This document shows, piece after piece, positions 27,789 through 38,900 of a stretch of 64,000 bases of DNA. The first letter of the stretch is position 1, and the number at the start of each line of letters is the position of its first letter. The position numbers were made by a program, and so were the translations under genes. The notes beneath the pieces were generated by a model, which made no database searches, had not been told where the DNA came from, and saw only the letters and a program-made list of their open reading frames with translations. This DNA is from a virus, in the IMG/VR virus record IMGVR_UViG_3300020421_000007, positions 1 to 64,000 of that record; one strand, 5' to 3'.

Positions 27789-30700
27789 ATTCGTTGCTAA
27801 AACAGACACCTTTGAAAGACAAAGGCAAGTTATCAACACGATAGGTCAAGATATATTTGATTTATCCGTTGCTACTGGGGAAGGTGCTTTCAGCCTTTCT
27901 GATGGTACTGTTGATCAACCATCTCTGTTTTTTACAAACGCAGCTGATGTAGGTATATACAGAACGGGAGTTGGAAAACAACTGTTTATTGGAGCAGAAG
28001 GAAACTCGATTGCTTCTTTTGAAAAGGATTCTCTTACATTATTACAAAAAATTCAAAATTTATCAACTCCAATTAATACAGTCACAATTGGTAGTGGTGG
28101 TTCTGGATATAATGTTGGAGCATATCCGAAAGCAAGAATTACTGGTGGTAACGGAGCTGGAGCACAAGCATCAGTAATCGTTAGCATGGAAGGAACATTC
28201 CAATCTGGCGGTGGATATGAGGGAGGAACATATACTCAAGTTCCTCTACAAGGTGGTAATGGTTCTGGAGCAGAAGCAACTCTAGAAATCGCCACTATGG
28301 GTGGTAATATTACAGCAGCTGGATCTAATGGAACTGCCAACACATATAATAATGTTTCACTAACAAACGTATCTAGTAGTGGTTCTGGCGCGGTTGCTGC
28401 CGAAATTACAGTAGCTCAAATTGGTCCAGATGTTGGTGTTATTGGTGTTTTCTTTGAACAAGGATTTAATACTGGAGCATTTGGTAATGGATACAAAACA
28501 GGAGATGTATTAAGTGTTAATCCAGCAGATATTGGTGGTGTTACTGGATTTGAATTTACTCTAACTGGTGGTGGAGAAGTAACTAGTGTAGAAATTACTG
28601 ATGGTGGCGATGGTAATTATCAAGCAGGAGATACATTATTCATTTTACCATCAGACGTACAAAGTAATGGTGGACCTCCTGTTAATAGTCCATCTGGATT
28701 CTCATTTAATGTTACTGGGGTAGGAATTATTACTGATGTTACCATCACTGATGGTGGTGATAACTATAAAGTTGGTGATTCTATTGATGTTCCATCCAGT
28801 GAATTAGTAAACACAGTTACATATCTTGTAAAAATTCTAGATTCACAATTAGTAGAATTTACAGGAACTTTACCATCAACAGGGTTTAATGTTGGTGATA
28901 CTTTAACATACAACGGTGTATCTAAAGAGATTGTAAAAAGATTTTTAAATGGAAGCAATCAAGTTGAAGCAGTAACTGTAAAAGATATTAATTTAAATTT
29001 TTCTGCTGGATTACAAGCAGATGATGGTAATGGAAATCAAGCAGAAGTTAGTGAACTGACAGCAGCATTAAACTATTATTTTAGTTTTGATGGCGGTACA
29101 ACATATACTAACATTCCAGATTTCACATTTCAAAAAAATGTAAGATATAATTTTGATCAAACTGATGCATCAAATATTGGTCACCCACTCAGATTCAGTG
29201 AAAACCGAGATGGATTTCATGGTAAAGTTCAACTAAACCCAACCATATATGGAGAGACTTATAATGGAATAGAAGTTGATTATTCATACCTAACTAATGT
29301 TGTATCAATTGTTCCAAAATCAACAACTCCAACAACATTATATTATTTCTGTGGCGAAGGAACATCAGAGGGTGCTGCTCATAAAGATGAAGGTGGTTTT
29401 GATAATAGAGAAGGAACAATCACTGTTTCTGGAGAAGCAGCATTAGTTGGTTCTGGATTAAGTATTACAGTTTCTGATGTTACTCAGACTAGCACATTTT
29501 CTGTATTAAAAGATGGCACAACTACATTAGGAAATACCACTGCAACTAGATTTGTAAATACGGGAACTACAGATTTACAAGGCAATATTACAGCTGGTGG
29601 AACTTTTAACCTAGGTCCAGATTTATTTACTATTGCTGCTAATGGCGATACAGTAATTGAAGGAACTCTTACAGCAAATAGTGATCTGTTCTTTACATCA
29701 GATGCTACCTTTGGTGGGGTACTCTATGTTGACGCTACCAATAATAAAATTTCTATCAATAGAGATCCATCAGTAACTCCTTTAGTCGAAGATTTTGAAG
29801 TAGATGGATCAGTTTCAATTGATGGTAATGTAAAACTTGCTTCCGATTCAGGAGCATATGTCTCAATTGGTGGCGCGATTGGAACTCAAGCACTAGACGT
29901 TAGTGGAAGTGCTATCGTTTCTGGAAAATACATCGCACCAACAACTGGAGTAGTATCATCTCCTGTTTACACATTTGAGGGTTATGAAAGAATTGGATTA
30001 TCTGCTAATTCTACAAACAAATCTATTTCTGTAACTGGACAATCTGGAGAACTAGTTAGATTTGAACCAATACAGTCTTCCTCGTTTAGAGACTTTGTAA
30101 CTTATAAGAGAGAAATTACTGCTACAACAATTTCATCTCCTGGAGCAGAATATACACCAGGATCATACAGTGGTGTTGCTAGTTCTGGTGGTACTGGTGA
30201 TGGATTAGATGCTGATATTACTATCGCGTTTTCAGTTCCAATAGGAAAAATTGCCACACTCGGAACTATTACCACATCTGTAGATCCATTAAGGTTAGTA
30301 GGTACTTATAATAAAGTAACATATACAACGAATGGTTCTGGTATCGATGCTAAATTTAATGTTGTAATTGATGGTACAGGTGCTGTATCTAGTGTTTCTG
30401 TAGTAACTGGAGAACTTACAAATTTCACAAGTTCCGTTAATACTATTGCCGCAGATTCACTGACCTCATATTCTGGAGTTTCTGGAACTTCTTCTGGTTC
30501 AGGATCTGGAGCAACGTTTAATGTTTCTAGAAATATTTCTGGAGCAGCAACAGTTACATTGGTTAATAGTGGTCAAAATTATGTTGTCAATGAAACAATT
30601 ACTATTCTCGGATCTAGTATTGGTGGTATTGATGTTACTAATGATCTCACAATTACAATAACTGCGGTTAGTTCTGGGGGAGGTTTAGGATATGCTATTA

Positions 30701-32442
30701 ATGATGTTATCACTGTTTCTGGTACAGTATTTGGTGATGGAACAACTACTCCAGCAGATGTTACTTTCCAAGTATCAAATTTAGTTGGAATTTTAGGTGC
30801 TGGTTATACAGATAATGAATATGTAAATGTTCCACTATCCACAGATGGTAGTGGTGTTGGTGCTACAGCTAATATTACAATTACTGGAGGTGCAGTTTCT
30901 GCTATTGCTATATCATCAGAAGGATCTGGTGGATATGTTCCAGGTGATGAAATTACGTTTGATCATAATAATTTAATCGATCCAACTACAGGCACTGTAA
31001 GTTCAGCACCATCTCTAGCGGCACAATTTTTTGTTGGGTCATTGGGAACAATTCAAGTTGTAGATATTGTTGATAATGGATTTGGTTATGTTAATGGTGA
31101 TGTATTAACATTCCCACTGTTACCAGGAACTCCCACAAGTACGTTTGAACTTACTATTGGAACAGTAACAGAAACTGAGGTAATTAAATTAGAAACTAAC
31201 ACTGGTTTAATTACTTCAGAGTCATTAAAAACTAAGTCTATTAATATAAACGATAAAATTTCTATCGTTGATTCTACCATTTCAAATCAAGCATCAGAAG
31301 ATGTTACTATTTCTCCTGGTGGTCCTACAAAACTCTTAAGAGTAACTGGAACTGGTGGTGTTAAAGTTCCCGTTGGAACATCTACCAATAGACCTTCTGC
31401 TTCTACTTTAGGTATTATCAGATACAATAGTTCCACTCAACAATATGAGGGATCTAACGGAAGTGATTTTATTTCGCTTGGTGGTGTAAGAGATGTTGAT
31501 GGCAATACTTATATTCTAGCAGAAAAAACTGTAGGTGCTAATGATAATATTTTATATTTCTATAATGATGCGGTAAACACTAGTAGATTTAACAAAACTG
31601 ATATTGAATTAGTTACCAACAACACTATTAAATCTGTTGCTACAGATGGTAAAACATTATGGAAAGATGGTATCTCTGTTGTTCTTAATGAGCAAGTATA
31701 TGCTGGTGAATACATTTATGAAGTAACTGTTGCTGGAACTACTGGAAGTAATCCTCCTACTCACACAACTGGTGCTCTAGATGATGGCAATGGAGTAGAA
31801 TTTACTTTTGTTGGTTCTGTTTATCAACCATTAACATTCAAAGCATCAAATATTACATTTGACGCTACACTAACTCTAGGAGCATTAGAATCATATTCTT
31901 ATAATAGTGTATCTTCGGTATTAGAAACAGGTCTTAACAACATAGAATTTGCTTTTGGTAAAGTTGGTGGTGCTCCAAATACATCATTTACGTTATCTGA
32001 TGACGGTTCATTAAAAGCAAATAGATCTTTTGATACATCAAATGCTGTATCTAATTTAAAAATTTTAGATTATACAGCAAAATTCTTGGAGTTGGACGAT
32101 GTTGTTATTTCTACAAGTGATCTTACTCTAACAAGAGGAGCAACAGAATCTGCTAATTTTGTTGTTTACGACCCAACAGTTTCAAAATCTGCAAAAGTAA
32201 CTGTAACTGCTGAGAACACAACAACTAATGATATTCATACCACAGAAATTCAACTGTTAGCAAAAGGATCTGATATCTTTATTTCTGAGTATGCTTCTCT
32301 AAATACTGGTCAAGAACAGTTTACTTATACTGTTTCGTTTGATCCTTCTGGAGAAGTACAAATTTCATACACCATGGATCAAACTTTAACAGTAGGTGAT
32401 GTAGTTGTTATCACATCAAGTTCCACATCTATTAAGAAATAA
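27775..32442 (+). CDS. Tail fibre/virion structural protein (1555 aa) with Gly-rich repeats and a cupredoxin-like insert
   Basis: N-terminal TDTFE.QR; GxGY repeats; VPVGT...RP...G.IRYNS...YEG fibre motif; late promoter ATAAATA at 27714-27720. Confidence 0.8.
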   Translation: MAVLRFVAKTDTFERQRQVINTIGQDIFDLSVATGEGAFSLSDGTVDQPSLFFTNAADVGIYRTGVGKQLFIGAEGNSIASFEKDSLTLLQKIQNLSTPINTVTIGSGGSGYNVGAYPKARITGGNGAGAQASVIVSMEGTFQSGGGYEGGTYTQVPLQGGNGSGAEATLEIATMGGNITAAGSNGTANTYNNVSLTNVSSSGSGAVAAEITVAQIGPDVGVIGVFFEQGFNTGAFGNGYKTGDVLSVNPADIGGVTGFEFTLTGGGEVTSVEITDGGDGNYQAGDTLFILPSDVQSNGGPPVNSPSGFSFNVTGVGIITDVTITDGGDNYKVGDSIDVPSSELVNTVTYLVKILDSQLVEFTGTLPSTGFNVGDTLTYNGVSKEIVKRFLNGSNQVEAVTVKDINLNFSAGLQADDGNGNQAEVSELTAALNYYFSFDGGTTYTNIPDFTFQKNVRYNFDQTDASNIGHPLRFSENRDGFHGKVQLNPTIYGETYNGIEVDYSYLTNVVSIVPKSTTPTTLYYFCGEGTSEGAAHKDEGGFDNREGTITVSGEAALVGSGLSITVSDVTQTSTFSVLKDGTTTLGNTTATRFVNTGTTDLQGNITAGGTFNLGPDLFTIAANGDTVIEGTLTANSDLFFTSDATFGGVLYVDATNNKISINRDPSVTPLVEDFEVDGSVSIDGNVKLASDSGAYVSIGGAIGTQALDVSGSAIVSGKYIAPTTGVVSSPVYTFEGYERIGLSANSTNKSISVTGQSGELVRFEPIQSSSFRDFVTYKREITATTISSPGAEYTPGSYSGVASSGGTGDGLDADITIAFSVPIGKIATLGTITTSVDPLRLVGTYNKVTYTTNGSGIDAKFNVVIDGTGAVSSVSVVTGELTNFTSSVNTIAADSLTSYSGVSGTSSGSGSGATFNVSRNISGAATVTLVNSGQNYVVNETITILGSSIGGIDVTNDLTITITAVSSGGGLGYAINDVITVSGTVFGDGTTTPADVTFQVSNLVGILGAGYTDNEYVNVPLSTDGSGVGATANITITGGAVSAIAISSEGSGGYVPGDEITFDHNNLIDPTTGTVSSAPSLAAQFFVGSLGTIQVVDIVDNGFGYVNGDVLTFPLLPGTPTSTFELTIGTVTETEVIKLETNTGLITSESLKTKSININDKISIVDSTISNQASEDVTISPGGPTKLLRVTGTGGVKVPVGTSTNRPSASTLGIIRYNSSTQQYEGSNGSDFISLGGVRDVDGNTYILAEKTVGANDNILYFYNDAVNTSRFNKTDIELVTNNTIKSVATDGKTLWKDGISVVLNEQVYAGEYIYEVTVAGTTGSNPPTHTTGALDDGNGVEFTFVGSVYQPLTFKASNITFDATLTLGALESYSYNSVSSVLETGLNNIEFAFGKVGGAPNTSFTLSDDGSLKANRSFDTSNAVSNLKILDYTAKFLELDDVVISTSDLTLTRGATESANFVVYDPTVSKSAKVTVTAENTTTNDIHTTEIQLLAKGSDIFISEYASLNTGQEQFTYTVSFDPSGEVQISYTMDQTLTVGDVVVITSSSTSIKK

Positions 32443-32444
32443 CA

Positions 32445-32954
32445 ATGGCAATAGAAAATAAAACCTTTAATTCTGAGTATGGATTTGGAATTAACGAAAC
32501 AACTGTTCTAGACGATAGTAGAAATATTCTGAACATCAATACGATGACTATTCAGAATGAACATTTTACTAACGCAACTAAACATTCTTTTATTACTAGT
32601 GGTCTTAATAATACAATTTTAACAACTGACGGAGTTTCTGTATCAACTTTATATGATAACACAATTAATTTTATCACAACAAAAGTTATTGGTGTAAATG
32701 CTCTTGGTACAGGTCACTACGCGGTAAAATTTGAAACAAATGCAACTGTGGATGGTAATGGTAATGTTTTAATTTTAGGAGAATTAAAAACTACTATAAA
32801 AGATGCTATTCCAGCTGGGCAAAATTGGTCTGTATCTTCATATGGTTCTGGTGGTCCCAGAGAGTATAGTTATTCCACAAATAGAGGCGGTACAACAGAT
32901 ACTATTAAGTGGGTAGCATATACAGAGGTTGTTAGTATTGATTGGTCTGCTTGA
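32445..32954 (+). CDS. Virion structural protein (fibre-associated)
   Basis: 169-aa ORF between two fibre genes. Confidence 0.7.
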   Translation: MAIENKTFNSEYGFGINETTVLDDSRNILNINTMTIQNEHFTNATKHSFITSGLNNTILTTDGVSVSTLYDNTINFITTKVIGVNALGTGHYAVKFETNATVDGNGNVLILGELKTTIKDAIPAGQNWSVSSYGSGGPREYSYSTNRGGTTDTIKWVAYTEVVSIDWSA

Positions 32955-32993
32955 TAAATAAAGGAGTAAGAAGCATCTGCCAGATAGAGCAAA

Positions 32994-35900
32994 ATGAGCT
33001 TAGATTTTAATGTAGATAAACAGATTTTATCTGGAACCGAACCTAAGATCTTAGGTTCCGAGAACTTTATTGTTAGATCTGGAAGTGGATCTGATGAGAA
33101 AGAAGTTTTCCGAACGCTTTTAGATCCATCAACTAAATTACCTAGACTTGGTATTAACAGGACTGGTAACAAAGTTGAGTCTATCACAGTAAATGAGAAC
33201 CAAGGTGGTACTGGATATACTGTCGTTCCCAACGTTGAGTTATCATATCCAGATCCGAATAATCTTGCTTTTGGTACTAGAGCTCTTGCTTCTGCATTAA
33301 TTAACAACGGTCAGGTTGTTGCTATTGTTGTTGATAATCAAGGAGCAGGATATACATCAGCACCAACCGTAACTATCACAGGTGGTGGTGGATCGGGTGC
33401 TGCTGCTACTGCTGTTCTAGACACTGTTGATTTTGAACTTGACATCAATGGTGCTATCAGAACATCTACTTCTATCATTTCTGATACGGCAAAAATTCTA
33501 AACCTGGATATTGATAATTTCATTACTCCAGATGCAAACTTTAGAGCACCAAATTTAAAAACTTGGGCAAATAATAGTGGTACTCCTTGGGCAGCAAATA
33601 TTGTTTTACAAAAAGGAGATTATTATTATAACGGAGGAAATATCTATGAAGTATTAGAAACAGGTCTTTCTGGTACTGTAGGTCCAGTTCACATAGACGG
33701 AATCGAACCCAATGGAGATGCTTCATTAAAGCATATTGGTTTTAGAGTCATTAATCCAGATCTTCCTTTATATAATGATACTGGAGATTCTGGAATTTTC
33801 CCTAGATCTATTACTCCAAAGTTAGGAGACAAATCAGATAAAATTGCTACTACAGAATACGTCCTCAACCTAGCAACGAATGACGTTGGTGGTCGTGTCT
33901 ATGTTTCACAATCTATTGGTAGTGATAACAATGATGGTAGATCTGCTGCTGCTCCTGTAAGAACAATTAAGAGAGCATGTCAGGTTGCTTCTGAAAGTGT
34001 TGGAGTTAAAGAAACAGTTATTATTGCTGGTGGTGATTATGTAGAAGATAATCCAATTTCTATTCCACCAGATTGTTCGATTGTTGGTGATAACCTTCGC
34101 TTGGTTATTGTTCGTCCTGCTAATCCTGGCAAACACATCTTTAAATTTGGCGATAAAAACTACGTTATTGGTGTAACATTCAGGGATCAAATTAACTCTG
34201 CTGGTGATGCTGTAGCAACTTGGGACTTTGCTATGGTCTTCGACGACAAGCAAAGAGTTTATTTTGATAGAAATGCTGGTGGTGATTTTGGAAGAAGTTT
34301 TCCTATTGGTCACCAGATATTTGGTCCAGAAAAAATTAGAGTTACTTTCCAAACTAACACAGGAACAAATCAATTATTAGTTGGAGAAACTGTACGAGGT
34401 GTTAACACTGGTGCTGTTGGTACAGTAACATCAGTAACTTTTGATGAGACAGACGCCAATGAACCAGATGCTTTTGTAAATGGTTCTATAGAAATTGATA
34501 TTGTCAGTGGTTCGTTTAACCTTGGAGAAACTTTTGAATATGAAATTGGTGCTGCTCCAAACATAACCACATTTGAATTTGTTGCTGTAGGACTTAAATC
34601 TATTCGAGCAGAGGGTGAAGTTGTATCCACTGGAATGGATCTAACAAATACCTTATCAATTGCTAGAATTGATACTACACTACAAGGTACAGCAGAAGTT
34701 TCTCAAAATGGTTTTGGATCTGAAACAGAAGGAAATGCCGAAGATCTTGGTGGTATTGTTATCTACACAAATGAATTACTTGGAAGAGATAATATACACG
34801 ATTTCCAAAACGGTGATGAGGTTATCATTAGTGGTCTTCCATCTTCAAACCCAGATCTTTCTTTCTTAAATGGAAAACAAAGAATTTATAAGGTCTTAGA
34901 AGATGCTGATGGTCGTTCTAGAAGATTTGTAATTCCAAAGAAAACTACATATTCAAATGCTAATTACGTACCAGTATCAGCATCTGTCTCCCACTATGCC
35001 GATTACGTTACCCTTACACTTCTAAACTCCCCAAATAAATTTGAGAGAGCAAACTATGTTGCGAGAAGATATCAAGATGCTTGTAACTTAATTAGAAATA
35101 ACGCAGATTTTATTGCGGCAGAAGTAGTAGGTCAAGTCAATAAAGAATTTGCAAAAGAGTATTTTGAAGTATCTGCTGTAAATACTAATGCTAATACTTT
35201 CCAAGTATATACAACTCCAAACAATTTTGTACATACTTACGTAAGTGGAGGAACTGTTTCTTATGGAGGTCAAACTTTTACGGTAACAGATCTAGATTAC
35301 AGTAATATTAGTGGCATCGGTACTATTACATTAAATAGTTCTCCAAACTTTACAGATGGTCAAACTGTAAAAATTGAAGGAATTATAGTTTCTTGTACAG
35401 TTAATGGAGTAACATCACAGAAAGAATATCCAAGTTTTAATATTCCAATTGGTGATTATAAGTGTACTAGAGACCTTAAGATTATTATCCATTCCCTGTT
35501 AATGGATTTGGAATACGGAAGTAATGATAATGTTATTGAAGCAGCAAAGAGATATATTGTTGGAAATCAAATTGACTTTGTTGATAAAGAAATTATTCAA
35601 ACAGTAAGAGCAATTGAATACACAAGACAATTGTGTATCCTTGCCATGAGAAATTGGAGAGTAGGAACAGGACTTGTAACAGAACCCATTTATGTTCCTA
35701 AGTATGCAACAGGTGTAGCAAGATATTTTGATGATACTGTAATTACAACTACTGCTGGTGTAAATGCGGATGGATCAGCATCTGATGGAACAGCATGTGC
35801 TGATGTTAAATCAGCAATTGATACATTAGCATACTTATTTGTTGATGTTCTTGCTAACAATGCTTCGGGAACATTATTAGATGCTGCATATTTGATCGCA

Positions 35901-38900
35901 AGAAACAGAGATCTTATTGTTGATCAAGCGTTAATAGATGCTCAAATTACATATCCTTCATTATCTTTAGGAGTTCTAGGAGAATATAAGTGTAGAAGAG
36001 ATAGTAACATAATTTTAACCAATGTAATTCGAGATTTAGTTCTAGGTGGTAATGCTGGAATTGTTACTGCCGCTGAATCTTATTATACTGGTACAGAACT
36101 TACAGGTCTTCCAGCAAATGAAGTTGCTGCTACAATCTATGCCTTTGGTAAAGTTAAAGATTACGCTATTGACGCAATGCGTAATTGGACTGATGGAACA
36201 GCTGCTTCAGCTCCTGTGCTTGCCACAGCAACTAATGCTACTTACAACTCAAATACAGGAGATGTAACTGTTACCATTGCTGATCCAGCAACAGCATTGA
36301 CTACCAGTGACAGAGTTGCCTTTAAAGAAGGTGCTATGACTTGGACATGTTCATCGAATGGTGGTGGAGATCTGGCAAGTCCTACATTCCAAGATAGAAA
36401 TAACGGAAGAAGTCTTGAAATTATTTCTGTAAGTTCTTCCAGTGGATCTACAACATTTACTTTTAACGTTGGTGATGCTGGTTCTGTACAGGGTGTTGCT
36501 CACACATTTGTTAGTGGATTGGCAAATGGTGTTGTTCTTATCTATGAACCACTTGCTGCTAATTCATCTTCTATTCCAAGATATGATGATTGGAATATTC
36601 TTCCAGATCCAAGTGATCCTAATTGTGCTACTGTTGCTTCTGCTATCACAACATCTTTTGAACTGTTGGAAGATATTTTAGATGGAACTACTGCTCCTGG
36701 AGGAACAGTAAAAACATTTGGAACTCTATATGATACCACAAATATTATTAATTACGCATCAACAACGTTATATGATGCGAACAATGATAGAATTACTCCA
36801 ACTGCTGTATATGATGATCTCCCAATTATTGAGGCATCTCCATACACTCAAAACTCCTCAATCATTTCTTTCTTAGGTGGTGGCGGATCTCTAGTTGATG
36901 GTTCTAAAGTTAAGAGTCCAAACTGTCCTTTCCCTGGTTTGGAACCAGATGGAAGCGCATCGTTCCCCAATCAAGGTAAGTCGATGGTTGCTTCGGCATT
37001 CACGATTGTTTCATTTGGTGGCACTGGATACAAAGTTGTAGAAGATGGATATACACAACTTGTATCTGTTTTTGTTATTTTCTGTGAAGATGGTATTCTT
37101 TGTGAAACTGGTGGTTATGCGTCAGTTACTAACTCAGCAACTAACTTTGGTACATTTGCTTTAAGAGCAACTGGATTTAGAAAAGATCCATACACCTTTG
37201 ACGTTGGTCAAATTGTTGGTGTAAGTTCTTCTACTGGAACAAATAGAACTCAATTTAGAGTAAGTGGTCTTGGCAGAGAACCATTAGAGCATTACATTGT
37301 CAAAATTGACGGATATAAAAATCACAATCCAGATATTGAATTTTTCGTTGAAACTGTAGAACAAGTAACAGTTGGTCCTCCTTTTGAAGCATTACTAACA
37401 TTAGAAAGTGGTTCTGGTGGAGCAGCTGAATTTGAAGATGTAAATAACCCTGGAGTAATTGTAAGTAATTCTTTAGCAGAATTTAGTGGAGTTACTCTAA
37501 GATTACATAGACCATCTATTGTTAACTCTTCTTCCCACACCTGGGAATTTGCTGGTTCTGGTACTAACTACAATGCTCTACCTGAGAACGGTGGTACTAA
37601 GATTGAAGCAAACGAGCAAGTACCACAGAACTATGGTCGTGTTTACTGTTCTGGTACTGACGAACTTGGTGACTTCAAGGTTGGTACGTTCGCTAAGATT
37701 GAGAACAGAACTGGTGCTATTACCTTCACAGGTACTGTTACGATCTCGGAAGTTGAATTCTTGAAACTGAAAGGTGGCGACGTTGTTGTTACTGGTTTCG
37801 ATGCATCCAACACACTTGGTGGCGCTAACTCTACCGACTCTAAACTACCTACACAGAAGGCAGTTAAGGATTACATTACTAACAACCTTGGTCCTTATCT
37901 CAACAAACCATATTCCACAAACGCTGTTCCTAGAGCACTAGTCGAACTTACAGATTCTGGTAAAATTTCTATTGACCAGATTCCAGCACTCAGACCTTTT
38001 AGTGTCTTCACTGTTGCCGATCAAGCAGAAAGATTAGCACTAGAAGGAGCACTTGCTGGTGACATTGCTATTCAGCAAGACAACAATGTCTCGTTCATTC
38101 TAAACAATGACCTGAGTAGTTTGTTTGTTGGTTTCCCAATCGACTCCAATTTAGTATTCAACACAGGAGATATCTACACTGGTTCTAATACGGGTGGTAG
38201 AATCCAAGCAACTGAATATAGACAGGGTGTTGTATATCAATTAAATATTACTGATGCTGGTTCTGGATACACATCAGCACCAACCGTTACAATTAACCAT
38301 GCTGGCAATGCTCCATCCGTGGAAGCAAAAGCAGTAGCAACCATCGCAAATGGTCAAGTTGTTACACTAACTTTAATTACGTTTAACAGTTACATTGGTG
38401 GTCTTGGTTATGACGCTCAACCAACAGTAAATATCGCTGCTCCTGGTGGTGGTGGAACAACTGCGGTTGCCAGTGCTCTAATTGAAAGTAGAGTATACGG
38501 TGATATTGTTAACAACATTAAGATTGACGATACTGATAGTATTGATGATAGCGATTCTCCCGCAAATACTGTTTCTATTAATAGAGTAGTTAACACATCA
38601 TCGAACATTGCTAGCAACTGGGTATCTCTATCTGCCACTCAAATTTCTGCTACAGATATTACATCTGGTATTATTTCTACTTCCAGACTAGCATTAAATT
38701 CATCTGCAGCAAACTCTTTCACCTTCTTAAGAGGAGATCAAGCATATGCTCCTGCTGTTCAGTCATTTAAAGCAGCAGAAACAAGATACTTTGCTATCTT
38801 GTCTAGTCAAGCAAACAATGGTTCATCACAATTAGTCTTCCCGACTAATGCTGATGTACTAAAAGGACATGAAGTAAAAGCAACTGTAAATGGTATTCAA

